The translations under genes were made by a program, and so were the position numbers. From positions 1,535 through 65,534 of the forward strand of contig JAZDLR010000016.1 in the NCBI GenBank assembly GCA_043801745.1: DNA of 64,000 nucleotides. The letters run 5' to 3'. Below, piece after piece: positions 1 through 8,581 of this stretch (its first letter is position 1; every line of letters starts with the position of its first letter). The notes under the pieces are model-generated. The model was not told the origin of the DNA. It was given only the letters and a program-made list of their open reading frames with translations, and searched no databases. Source of the DNA: Candidatus Komeilibacteria bacterium. Its GTDB lineage: Bacteria > Patescibacteriota > Patescibacteriia > UBA1558 > 2-01-FULL-52-15.

Positions 1-8
1 TCCAACTA

Positions 9-326
9 ATGGAATCACAGGGCTATAATTATCAACCGGAATTTTGTAAATTTAATGAACGCTATTTTACCCGCGACGCGCCTTCAGGCGAACGGCTGGT
101 CAGTGTCCATGTCATGCAACCGGATAATCCCGAGGCGCAATCTCATATCTACCTAAGGGAGTATTTAAAGAGCCATCCTGAAGAAAGGGAAATTTATTCG
201 CGGGTTAAAAAGGAAGCTTATGAAAGTGGGGCCGATCGTCTAGAATACCCGCAAAAAAAGCAGAAAGTTTTGACAAAGATATTAGCAGCGGCAAAAAAGT
301 GGTATTACAAACAACCCAAACAATAA
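9..326 (+). CDS. GrpB/UPF0157-family protein (possibly N-terminally truncated by window edge or short form)
   Basis: C-terminal motif IYLREYLKSHPEEREIYSRVKKEAY resembles the GrpB family RDYLRxxPxxxxxYxxLK signature; ORF starts 8 nt from window start. Confidence 0.45.
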   Translation: MESQGYNYQPEFCKFNERYFTRDAPSGERLVSVHVMQPDNPEAQSHIYLREYLKSHPEEREIYSRVKKEAYESGADRLEYPQKKQKVLTKILAAAKKWYYKQPKQ

Positions 327-329
327 TTT

Positions 330-752
330 ATGCCCGAACAACCACCGCGACTTCCAGACAATAATATTGAATCAAACATTGAAAGTGTTGTGGTTGTGTT
401 AAAGCCGGGAGCCCAGGAATATTTGCAGCGTCTGGAAGATTTCTGCACTGAATATGGATTAACAATTCAAGACCGCGCAACTATTCAATTTGACGCCGAA
501 AGTATAAAAAAGTTCTACCCTTATGAGCGGCATCAGCAATATCACGATATGCTGACCGACAGCTTGTCTGCTAAACCATTAGAAGCGCTGCTGATCAGCG
601 GACCGCGGGCAGCTGATCTTTTAAATCGATTAAAGGGCCACGTTCGCGGCATTCTGCACTTACAACCTCCCGCCAATGGAATCCACACCTCTGACTCACC
701 GGAAGAAGCGGACCGCGAATGGCAAGTGCTTAAAGATGCCGCAGTAAAGTAA
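330..752 (+). CDS. nucleoside diphosphate kinase-like protein (divergent)
   Basis: N-terminal VVVVLKPGA and C-terminal NGIHTSDSPEEADREW resemble NDK beta1 and the NxxHGSDSxExAxRE active-site region (His retained). Confidence 0.5.
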   Translation: MPEQPPRLPDNNIESNIESVVVVLKPGAQEYLQRLEDFCTEYGLTIQDRATIQFDAESIKKFYPYERHQQYHDMLTDSLSAKPLEALLISGPRAADLLNRLKGHVRGILHLQPPANGIHTSDSPEEADREWQVLKDAAVK

Positions 753-853
753 GAGCTTATTCTGGCCCCGTTGCTACACTAAGCTTACTATTACCAAAAT
801 TTGAATAATGGTATATTATTAATGCCAGTAATTAACTTGTTTGAAAAAAACTT

Positions 854-1333
854 ATGAAACAAAAAAATTATCAGTATCTTATTCTTATTCTGTCAATCGC
901 CGCCGCTGAATTTGCCGGCGTTATCGGATCGTTCTTTACCTTTCCCAGTATTCCTAGTTGGTATTCTCTGTTAATCAAACCCTCATTTAGCCCTCCTGAC
1001 TGGCTTTTCGGTCCGGTTTGGATAATTCTTTACGCCTTAATGGGCACAGCCGCCTGGTTAATCTGGAAACAGCAGAAGAAAAGCGGCGTCTGCGAAGCCA
1101 ATGCTTTCTATGGCTTTCAACTGGCTTTAAATGTCCTCTGGTCCATACTATTCTTTGATGCTCACTTTATCGGCCTGGCTTTGCTAGAAATTGTTGTGTT
1201 GTGGCTCATGATACTGACTACCACAATTTTTTTCTTCCGCCTTTCCCGCACTGCCGCCTATCTGATGCTGCCCTATCTGGCTTGGGTAACTTTTGCTGTC
1301 GTGCTTAATTACAGTCTCTGGCAATTGAACTAG
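854..1333 (+). CDS. tspO: TspO/MBR family tryptophan-rich sensory protein
   Basis: 5-TM 159-aa protein with PSWxxxxxxPxxxPPxWxFGPVWxxLYxxMGxAxWLxW motif typical of TspO. Confidence 0.8.
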   Translation: MKQKNYQYLILILSIAAAEFAGVIGSFFTFPSIPSWYSLLIKPSFSPPDWLFGPVWIILYALMGTAAWLIWKQQKKSGVCEANAFYGFQLALNVLWSILFFDAHFIGLALLEIVVLWLMILTTTIFFFRLSRTAAYLMLPYLAWVTFAVVLNYSLWQLN

Positions 1334-1363
1334 CTTCTTTCCTCCCGTGTTTTTGCTATAATT

Positions 1364-2608
1364 TTGTCAAGATCATTAACCTCTCACTATATGCGAAAAA
1401 TATTCACTATCGCCATAGTTACGTTTTTTTTATTAACCGGCTGTAATATCTTAGCTGACGGCGAAAATAAGGTTGTCGACTTTGAAAAACCTAGTATCAA
1501 AGATGAGTTCTGCGGTGCGTACATCAATTTTCAATACTGCAAATGCGCTTTCCACGGACAATACTGCAAAGAAGTCGGTATGTCCAAATCCGAAGCCAAT
1601 AAGTATGTTCAGGACGAATACGAAAAGTGGCTTAACAACGGCACGCGTCTAACCTTTATAACTGACTGCGAAAAAGCTAATGCCTATTTTAGTGATGATA
1701 AATGCCATTATTGCGACGAGGGCTTCACTGCCGTGCCTAAGGAAAAAACCTGCAAACCCAGCAGTGAAGTGCCGAACATTCTTACCGACCTACCCGAGGA
1801 TCTTTTTAACACCGACTGTACTTTGGTCAAAGATAAGTACGACTCTGACTGGAAAAAATATTCTGACATTGATAATGCCATCCCCGTCACTGAACGCAGT
1901 AACGAAGCCCAGCAGGTCGTCGCTTCCTATGACACCATGATTGCTAAAATGGTAGAGCTCTATGAAACTCAGCGCGACTACGATATTGAAGCGCAGCTAC
2001 AGACTGATCTGACTGAATATAAACAGGCCTTGGTAAAAAACATTCAGACCAATCTACTTAAGGCCTTCTGGCGCTTATCTTATGTTACCTATTCTACCGT
2101 CAAGAGTGGTATAACTGCCGGAAAATCTTACAGCAATTTATTAACCGGTGCCGGCAGTGCAGTACAGAGTTTGGCTTCAGCTGGTAAAACCTTCCAAGCT
2201 ACTATTCCCAATAGTTCTGATCTAGCCATAGATAAATCAACTTATCTCGGTAAGGCAGAATCAGTTGGTGCCAAAACAGCGCTGGAAGCAGTAGAAAGCT
2301 TAGGCGACCCCAGTAAAATCGCCCAACGTCTGGCCAAGAGTTCTTTTGACGCTGTCATGCCCTCGGCTAATATCACCAAGGAAGAAGTAGAGATTCTTAA
2401 ACAACAGCAAATTAATAAAGGTGTCGTGGATCAGGCATTGGCCGACAGTAAGGCCGAAAATTCCGCCCGACAAGCAAAAATCACGCAATTAGAAGCTGAC
2501 ATCAAGGCGGCTGAAGCCAAAATAACCGAATGGGAAGGGAAAGAAAAGGAACGCGTGGCCGATTTAATTATTCAGGATTGCCAAAGGCAAATAAATAAAA
2601 CTAACTAA
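1364..2608 (+). CDS. lipoprotein with Cys-rich N-terminal domain and C-terminal coiled coil (hypothetical)
   Basis: Signal peptide ending in lipobox LLTGC; many Cys in first 130 aa; C-terminal heptad-like KAENSARQAKITQLEADIKAAEAKITEWEGKEKE. Confidence 0.5.
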   Translation: MSRSLTSHYMRKIFTIAIVTFFLLTGCNILADGENKVVDFEKPSIKDEFCGAYINFQYCKCAFHGQYCKEVGMSKSEANKYVQDEYEKWLNNGTRLTFITDCEKANAYFSDDKCHYCDEGFTAVPKEKTCKPSSEVPNILTDLPEDLFNTDCTLVKDKYDSDWKKYSDIDNAIPVTERSNEAQQVVASYDTMIAKMVELYETQRDYDIEAQLQTDLTEYKQALVKNIQTNLLKAFWRLSYVTYSTVKSGITAGKSYSNLLTGAGSAVQSLASAGKTFQATIPNSSDLAIDKSTYLGKAESVGAKTALEAVESLGDPSKIAQRLAKSSFDAVMPSANITKEEVEILKQQQINKGVVDQALADSKAENSARQAKITQLEADIKAAEAKITEWEGKEKERVADLIIQDCQRQINKTN

Positions 2609-2626
2609 TATTAACTTAGGGACGAA

Positions 2627-2809
2627 ATGAAAAAATGTATGCCTAAGGGTCAAGGCGGTAACGCCGTTTACGGCCTGGGTTTTATCGGAGCTGCTGTTTA
2701 CTACCTTAGCACAGCCGCAACATTCGGCGCCGGTGTTATTGGTTTTCTAAAAGCTCTGGTCTGGCCGGCTTTTCTGGTTTATGCGGCCCTGAAATTCTTG
2801 GGTCAATAA
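2627..2809 (+). CDS. small 2-TM membrane protein (hypothetical)
   Basis: 60-aa ORF with two Gly/Ala-rich hydrophobic helices; AGGGA-like RBS (gggacgaaATG) upstream. Confidence 0.35.
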   Translation: MKKCMPKGQGGNAVYGLGFIGAAVYYLSTAATFGAGVIGFLKALVWPAFLVYAALKFLGQ

Positions 2810-2901
2810 ATAGCAACCACAATCTGTCCAGCTTGACTTCCGATTTTAGCTCTGGTAAAACACCCCAATCTAGTAAGCTCCCTCACCTCAGGAGGCAACG
2901 C

Positions 2902-3159
2902 ATGGATAATAAGCATCAAGCTGATCCGCATTGCCTTATCTGCGGCGGTAATGGTCACTACCAGCCAACACCGGAGAGCCCGGAAGTTCCTTGTGAAGAG
3001 TGTGATGATTCCATTTTTTTTGATTTCATCAATGACCCATCCCTGCCGGAAAACTATCGTCAGGAAGTTGCCGCTCTACTTGCCCAGATAAGGCAACAGC
3101 GAAAAGAACGGTGGGAAAGAGCTCAACAGCAGTCCCAAATCAACCCCTCGCCGAGTTAA
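2902..3159 (+). CDS. small zinc-ribbon-like protein (hypothetical)
   Basis: GGAGG at 2891-2895 six nt before ATG 2902 (internal to track ORF 2833..3159); CLICGG...CEEC Cys pairs. Confidence 0.4.
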   Translation: MDNKHQADPHCLICGGNGHYQPTPESPEVPCEECDDSIFFDFINDPSLPENYRQEVAALLAQIRQQRKERWERAQQQSQINPSPS

Positions 3160-3195
3160 TGTAACGCGGCGGGGGGTTTGTGCTATACTCAACCC

Positions 3196-3831
3196 ATGAA
3201 ATACCTAATTATTGTTATTGTCGTTATTATATTGGCCGCTGGCGGAGTAGCCGGCTGGTATTATTATCGGCCACAACAACCCAGTCCAGTCGTACTACCC
3301 CCGACCGGACAACAAGTATATACTAATTCGTCCTACCATTTTTCGGCAAAATATAATCCGCCCATCATAGCAACCGAAGACAAACAACAAATGCAGACCT
3401 CGGGCTATATTCCCGGCTGTGATCCGGACACTAGTCTGGTTTGTTTTATTTATCCGGCTGATGCTTTTGGTAAAACTAATTTTGGTGGCGCCGGTGTCTC
3501 AGTTTCAGTGCTGGCAAATTTAACCAATGAAACCACTTGTCTGGCCACACAACAAAATGATGGCTTATTAGCCACATCAACAGTTATGAATAATCTTACC
3601 TGGCAAACCTGGAGTTTTAGCGACGCGGCCACCAGTCACCGTAGTAACGGCTATAATTATCGTTCTTGGCAAAACAATCTTTGCTGGCAACTACAAACCA
3701 GAATTAATAGTACTGTCTTTGAGGTTTATGCCCCCGGAATGATTGAACTTTTTACTGCCACCGAGGAAGAAACCGTCAACCAGGCTCTACAAAAAACTAT
3801 TAACAGTTTTCAGCCGCCAAAAAGCAGTTAG
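3196..3831 (+). CDS. secreted/membrane-anchored hypothetical protein
   Basis: N-terminal TM/signal anchor KYLIIVIVVIILAAGGVAGWYYY; extended -10 (tgcTATACT, 3180-3188) seven nt upstream of ATG 3196 suggests a leaderless start inside track ORF 3178..3831. Confidence 0.45.
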   Translation: MKYLIIVIVVIILAAGGVAGWYYYRPQQPSPVVLPPTGQQVYTNSSYHFSAKYNPPIIATEDKQQMQTSGYIPGCDPDTSLVCFIYPADAFGKTNFGGAGVSVSVLANLTNETTCLATQQNDGLLATSTVMNNLTWQTWSFSDAATSHRSNGYNYRSWQNNLCWQLQTRINSTVFEVYAPGMIELFTATEEETVNQALQKTINSFQPPKSS

Positions 3832-3852
3832 TTGACTCATTGACTGACCGCT

Positions 3853-3882
3853 CTTGCTATTTATATCTAAACGTGGTATTAT
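3853..3882 (+). promoter_or_regulatory. sigma70-like promoter upstream of RRM gene (-35 TTGCTA, 17-nt spacer, extended -10 TGgTATTAT)
   Basis: Sequence pattern only. Confidence 0.35.
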
Positions 3883-3959
3883 AGATTATGTGAGTAAACT
3901 CTTAGCATTTAACAGCGTAGAGTGGTCGAATCACTTTAATTAAGAACAATATTTAGTAC

Positions 3960-4271
3960 ATGTCCACCAAGTTATATGTAGGCGGTTTGCCCTACAGCAC
4001 CACTGACGCTGAATTGAAGGAAGCCTTCTCTCAAGCCGGTACTGTCGTCTCCGCTTCGGTAATTGTTGACAAAATGACTAATCGCTCCCGAGGCTTCGGC
4101 TTCGTGGAAATGAGCACCCCTGAAGAGGGACAAGCTGCCATTTCCATGTGGAACGGTCAAGATTTTGCCGGCAGAAAGTTGACAGTCAATGAGGCCCGCC
4201 CTATGGGTGATAAGCCTCGTAGATCCTTTGATCACGATTCCGATCGTGCTCCGAGACGATCATCCTGGTAA
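3960..4271 (+). CDS. RRM-domain RNA-binding protein
   Basis: RNP-2 LYVGGL and RNP-1 RGFGFVEM motifs; Arg/Asp-rich tail. Confidence 0.85.
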   Translation: MSTKLYVGGLPYSTTDAELKEAFSQAGTVVSASVIVDKMTNRSRGFGFVEMSTPEEGQAAISMWNGQDFAGRKLTVNEARPMGDKPRRSFDHDSDRAPRRSSW

Positions 4272-4313
4272 TCAACTATTACAAAACACCCTAACGATTC
4301 CGTTGGGGTGTTT

Positions 4314-4754
4314 TTAGTTATTACTTTCTGTTGTTTTCCCGTCAAAGTGTTCTTCCCGGGCTTCGGCTTCTGCTTTAGTAGCCCGCTCAATGCCATCCTG
4401 GTGCTCCGGTGGAGAATAAACCGTATACAACTTCATGGGCGTATCAGTAGAAGTATTAATGATATTATGCTTTGCCCCGGCCGGAACAACTACTGCATAG
4501 CCGTCTTTCAATTCATATTCAATATCATTTAAGATTGCCTTGCCATTACCGGAATCAATACGGATAAACTGGTCTAAGGTGTGTACCTCCATGCCGATAT
4601 CTTCACCTGGCAACAAACTCATCAGCACCAGCTGGCTGTGCTGGGCCGTATAAAGAACCTTACGGAATGAATTGTTCCCTAATGTTTCCTGCTCTAGATT
4701 TACGACGTAGCCCTTCATAAAACTATTGTAGCACGTAGCCCCTTTCAACCGCAA
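4314..4754 (-). CDS. cupin-domain protein
   Basis: Cupin_2-like two-His motifs (GMEVHTLDQF ... VVVPAGAKHNIINT); track ORF begins at TTG 4754, alternative ATG (MKGYV) at 4718. Confidence 0.65.
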   Translation of the reverse strand: MRLKGATCYNSFMKGYVVNLEQETLGNNSFRKVLYTAQHSQLVLMSLLPGEDIGMEVHTLDQFIRIDSGNGKAILNDIEYELKDGYAVVVPAGAKHNIINTSTDTPMKLYTVYSPPEHQDGIERATKAEAEAREEHFDGKTTESNN

Positions 4755-4772
4755 GCCCGTTAGAGTTTACGA

Positions 4773-5348
4773 TTGGCCATAATTACCGTACAATATAGCC
4801 ATATGAAAAGCCGCTACTATCCTTTCTTAGACGTAGTCTTAGACGTTTTTTATAGCATTATTCTCTATAATGTTTTTATTGCCTTTCCGGGATTACGCCT
4901 GGAATCATTATTAATGGTCTTTGCCTGTTTAATAATGTTGAATTATTGGTGGGATGCCCGATCAGACACATTATTCCCCAAACATTATCTTTTTGATTTT
5001 TATGCTGTCAGCGTCATCATGTTTATTTTCTCCCAATGGCCAACGCATTTTCTTAATCTTCACTATTTCTTATTGATAACCTCCACCTTTTTCTTCGCTG
5101 ATGGAATCTACGCTTTTATTGCTATCTACGCCCATAAAGAAACTGTCGACGAGACAGCTTTAAAATTGGATGTTGCTGTTGAGCTTTTTTTGGGAGCAAT
5201 CTATTTGCTTTTTGCTCAGATTATTACCGCCCTCACGGTCAGCACTATTATTGTTATATATGTCCCTTATCTAATCTGGTTCTGGACCAATATTAAAAGG
5301 GGCTATTTTAAACCGAAATTTTTAAATTCCGGTAATCAACCTTATTAA
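4773..5348 (+). CDS. polytopic membrane protein (hypothetical)
   Basis: Approx. 6 hydrophobic helices, no recognisable motif. Confidence 0.4.
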   Translation: MAIITVQYSHMKSRYYPFLDVVLDVFYSIILYNVFIAFPGLRLESLLMVFACLIMLNYWWDARSDTLFPKHYLFDFYAVSVIMFIFSQWPTHFLNLHYFLLITSTFFFADGIYAFIAIYAHKETVDETALKLDVAVELFLGAIYLLFAQIITALTVSTIIVIYVPYLIWFWTNIKRGYFKPKFLNSGNQPY

Positions 5349-5359
5349 CTAAAAAATAT

Positions 5360-5821
5360 ATGAAAAAAAGCTGGATAATTCTGACTCTTATTTTGGCGGT
5401 CGGCACATTATTTGCCTGGTACACAGTTTATAATGATTTCTCCCTATTTTATAATTTAGAGGGTACGGTGCTGAAAATCAATAACTGTGCCATTCCTAAT
5501 CCAGTAACCACTCCTTGCTTTTACGGCGCCTTTGCTTTTCTGATAGCTTTTATCTGGTCAATTATGCTACTGCGAAAACCGCTGCAATTGGCGCTTCAGG
5601 GCTTAAAAAAACTGCTCTGGCTGCTGGTCGCCAGCGTCCTGTTTGCCTGGGGTAACTTTGTTTACTCCTTGATAACCTTTTACCAAACCAAAGACAGCGG
5701 CCAAGCCATCGGCTGTTCCGGACAATTAGTCACTAACCCCTGGACTACACCCTGTTTTATCGGGGCCTGCATCTTCTTGACAGCCCTAGTGGTTGCTGTG
5801 ATACTCTACCGGCGGAAATAG
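5360..5821 (+). CDS. membrane protein with internal two-fold repeat (hypothetical)
   Basis: Repeated segments NPVTTPCFYGAFAFL and NPWTTPCFIGACIFL, each followed by a TM helix. Confidence 0.45.
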   Translation: MKKSWIILTLILAVGTLFAWYTVYNDFSLFYNLEGTVLKINNCAIPNPVTTPCFYGAFAFLIAFIWSIMLLRKPLQLALQGLKKLLWLLVASVLFAWGNFVYSLITFYQTKDSGQAIGCSGQLVTNPWTTPCFIGACIFLTALVVAVILYRRK

Positions 5822-5874
5822 AGATCGTTGTTTTGAACCTATAGTTCAGTAAGAGGATCCGCGACAACTTAGAT

Positions 5875-5948
5875 GGGCCCGTAGTAAAGTGGTATTACAC
5901 GGCATTCGCATTGCTGAGGCGGGAGTTCGATTCTCCCCGGGTCCACCA
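5875..5948 (+). tRNA. tRNA-Ala (anticodon CGC)
   Basis: Hand-folded cloverleaf: acceptor GGGCCCG/CGGGTCC with G3:U70, D-stem GTAA/TTAC, anticodon stem CGGCA/TGCTG with loop TTCGCAT, T-arm GGGAG-TTCGATT-CTCCC, encoded CCA. Confidence 0.75.
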
Positions 5949-5951
5949 TGT

Positions 5952-6020
5952 GGGTCCATCTGAGTTGTCAGGACATTCGCATTGCTGAGGTAAGGAGTTC
6001 GAGTCTCCTCGGGTCCACCA
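5952..6020 (+). pseudogene. degenerate tRNA-Ala-like copy (tRNA fragment/pseudo-tRNA)
   Basis: Shares anticodon region cattcgcattgctgagg and T-arm/3' end ggagttcgagtctcctcgggtccacca with the adjacent tRNA-Ala, but D and anticodon stems do not pair. Confidence 0.4.
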
Positions 6021-6088
6021 ATGGTTCGGGCAGTTCCCCGCCTCCATAAAATCAAATAGAGCGGGTCCGCCTTTGGCGGAGATTCTGC

Positions 6089-6137
6089 TCGCCTCGCTGA
6101 GCGAGAGCGAAGCGGGCCTAGGTCCACCATTTCAGAT
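6089..6137. repeat. 49-bp direct repeat, copy 1 (tcgcctcgctgagcgagagcgaagcgggcctaggtccaccatttcagat)
   Basis: Identical to 8503-8551; ends in tRNA 3'-end-like GGTCCACCA. Confidence 0.9.
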
Positions 6138-6184
6138 TTGCCGAAGCCTTGGGAACAACTGTTGAAAATTTATTCAAATAATTT

Positions 6185-8413
6185 ATGAATAATAATCTTG
6201 AACAACCAAACATTGAGAATCGGCCACCAGTTGAGGCAAAAAAGGAAATTCCGCAGTCGGTTAAAACCATAAAAAAACTTGCCGCGAAATACCCAGAAAT
6301 GGGCTGGCTCACCGGCGATATTGATGCTACGCCAGAGACGAGTATCTCGGATCAAACCGAGGGCACTATTGGTAAGTATATTTTCCCAAATCTTGACAAA
6401 AAAGATTTGATTGAGTTCGACAGAACCGCAGTCGGGATACTAACTCTCCAGTGGGCGGCAAATGGAGATTATGAAAGTTTTACTGCTTGCCAAAAGGGGC
6501 CGACAAAATTAACGCCGGAGGATTTTACAAAACTTCAAGAATATACAAAATCGATTTTACAAAACCCGGAAGATTTTGAGGCAATGGAAACTTTTATGGT
6601 CATCAACGACCTCGGTAAAATTAAGAGTGTTGTAGAAAATATCGCAGAGAAATCAGGAGTTAGAGATGTTGATCACGATAGAATGCTTCTTGTTGGGTTG
6701 GAGCAACACCCTGATATTTCACCGAGCTTTCAAAAATTATCGCCCCGCCACAAAGAGTTAATACTCAATGGCCTAAAGACAAAATTCAACATTGGACAAT
6801 TTATCCAAGGCGAAAATGTACCCGCGAGCCTTGAGGGGCTAAAAGGTATAGATGAGGAAAGCTTGAAATTCTATCTCTTGCATGCACTTTATGATATCGC
6901 TGGAGCGGCAGGTCACTCTGTACAAAATGGATCAATGGTAATGAACGAGCCAACATACGAAAATTTCCGCTTGGCAATCGACTCACTCGAAAAATTGGGT
7001 GAGGGGCAAACTACTGACGAAGCGTATGACGCGTATCTTGCCCAGAAAGCGGAAAAATTTGGTTTCGATATATCAGTTCAGGCGGATCGAGCCACTACAC
7101 GAATCTGTTGTATGCTTAGAACTTCTAAAGTGGGGGAAGCGCAGGAGGTTTTGCGGGTGTTTTCAGAACTGCCGCAAAATACTCGCGCGATACTCGAGAA
7201 TGACCTGAACATGCGAGGAACTAATGACGGTATCGCAACGCTGATTTACTATGCTCCTGCATTTCTTGCAAATCTTCAAAAAAAATTTAGTGAGAGCGGG
7301 GACCCAAATTCTTCTAAAAAAGCACTCGCGCTTGGTTTGGGTACTTTTGCCAGAGTATTTCAAGAGGCGCACATCGCAAATAAAGGAAGGGTAGGGAACG
7401 GTGTATATACTGTTATGGCGTCTCCACTTGCGAAAGTAGCTGCTGAAAACCCCGCTAAATTATTGACACAGGATATAAATCTAAAAACTATTGGTAATGA
7501 TGCGGAAATTGAGCTCACTGATGTTCCAGTAGTTGATAAGGATAAATTTCAAAAAATTGAAAGCTTGACAGAAATTCCCGGTAAGAAAATAGTTGTGGTG
7601 GGAATTGGCGGCGGGTCGGATTGCGTACAAGCAGCATTGCTTGCAGAGTTACTTAAAAAATCAGAAAAAGAATGTCCTTGTGTTATTTCAGTTCGGACAG
7701 AAAAAACAGGATCACAGGGTGCGGGCGGAAAAGTTGGAGAGAAAAGAACAGTAGAAAATCATGGCGGGGAAATTAAAAAGGGTGTTTATCTGATTACGCC
7801 AAAAACTACGGGGTCTGGTAGATTTTTGGAAAATATACCAACGAGTGATATCCCTGTATATTTAATTATCGAACAAGATGGCATTGGCTTGTCGGAACAA
7901 ATAAATTCTGTGTTAGAACAGGTCGGCGGCGTAGATACAGTTGTTGCAGTTGATACTGGTGGTGATGCTTTGTACTCTACAACTGGTCACGATGAAACAA
8001 AAGCAACGCCAGATCAGGATTTGCGAAGCCTTCAAGCGATCAGCAATCTTTCTGGAGTACAAAAAATAAGCTGTGAAATTGCTGTCGGGATAGACACACC
8101 GCCGAATGGTGAGAGTGTATTACTTGACGCAGAGGCAAAACACTACGAGCCAACGCCAGAGGAAGCGACCATGATTTTAGAAAAATATCGGGAGTGGCAA
8201 ATGGACGGTTCAAATGAAGCACGTTTTGGTAAGACACCTCTTGCTTGGCAAGAAGCACTACAAAACCATTTTGGTTTTCAAGAAATAAATTTGCCTAAAA
8301 GAGTAGTACTTGATAAAAAGAATCCGTGGAAACCCTTTGTGCATGTGCAACCAAGCACAAAAGGGATGTTCTTTATGGATGTTGAAAAACATTTGAAAAG
8401 TATTGGTAAGTGA
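6185..8413 (+). CDS. hypothetical 742-aa protein (orphan; C-terminal GIGGGSD ... DTGGD nucleotide-binding-like domain)
   Basis: Long ORF with different codon flavour (A/purine-rich) than neighbours; located exactly between the 49-bp direct repeats. Confidence 0.55.
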   Translation: MNNNLEQPNIENRPPVEAKKEIPQSVKTIKKLAAKYPEMGWLTGDIDATPETSISDQTEGTIGKYIFPNLDKKDLIEFDRTAVGILTLQWAANGDYESFTACQKGPTKLTPEDFTKLQEYTKSILQNPEDFEAMETFMVINDLGKIKSVVENIAEKSGVRDVDHDRMLLVGLEQHPDISPSFQKLSPRHKELILNGLKTKFNIGQFIQGENVPASLEGLKGIDEESLKFYLLHALYDIAGAAGHSVQNGSMVMNEPTYENFRLAIDSLEKLGEGQTTDEAYDAYLAQKAEKFGFDISVQADRATTRICCMLRTSKVGEAQEVLRVFSELPQNTRAILENDLNMRGTNDGIATLIYYAPAFLANLQKKFSESGDPNSSKKALALGLGTFARVFQEAHIANKGRVGNGVYTVMASPLAKVAAENPAKLLTQDINLKTIGNDAEIELTDVPVVDKDKFQKIESLTEIPGKKIVVVGIGGGSDCVQAALLAELLKKSEKECPCVISVRTEKTGSQGAGGKVGEKRTVENHGGEIKKGVYLITPKTTGSGRFLENIPTSDIPVYLIIEQDGIGLSEQINSVLEQVGGVDTVVAVDTGGDALYSTTGHDETKATPDQDLRSLQAISNLSGVQKISCEIAVGIDTPPNGESVLLDAEAKHYEPTPEEATMILEKYREWQMDGSNEARFGKTPLAWQEALQNHFGFQEINLPKRVVLDKKNPWKPFVHVQPSTKGMFFMDVEKHLKSIGK

Positions 8414-8502
8414 TGCCGCTGACGAAAAAACAGTCCGTCCGAGCGAGGACATGGCGAAAGGGGCGCGGGGAGAATTCCGCCATGCCCGAACGGATGAAAT
8501 TG

Positions 8503-8551
8503 TCGCCTCGCTGAGCGAGAGCGAAGCGGGCCTAGGTCCACCATTTCAGAT
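8503..8551. repeat. 49-bp direct repeat, copy 2
   Basis: Perfect copy of 6089-6137. Confidence 0.9.
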
Positions 8552-8581
8552 ATAAAATAATAGCTTTGACTATATAATATT

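Noticed and set aside
1680-2488. Internal/antisense ORFs (1680..1940 +, 1708..1890 -, 2300..2488 -) within the lipoprotein gene
   Set aside because: They are fully nested in a longer ORF with coherent protein features and have no independent signals. The same logic applies to the other short antisense ORFs listed in the track (e.g. 3450..3632, 3972..4235, 6801..7372, 9421..9702, 16750..17197, 18220..18773, 19563..19748, 20244..21164, 21817..22400, 25076..25288, 25857..26433, 27336..27740, 29675..29857, 32142..33978, 36133..36360, 38470..39053, 41619..41879, 44241..44555, 45574..45762, 50620..50802, 53795..55098, 56170..56476, 57046..57303, 58252..60285, 60893..61102, 63110..63930).
5952-6020. 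Second tRNA-Ala as a functional tRNA
   Set aside because: Its D and anticodon stems do not base-pair, and it shares only the anticodon-loop and 3' portions with the adjacent tRNA. It is more likely an att-site duplication scar.
5846-6130. 94-aa minus-strand ORF (MVDLGPLRSRSARR...) and its look-alike at 8278..8544
   Set aside because: Both overlap tRNA genes and the 49-bp direct repeats. The shared N-terminus is merely the translation of the repeat, so these are not coding.
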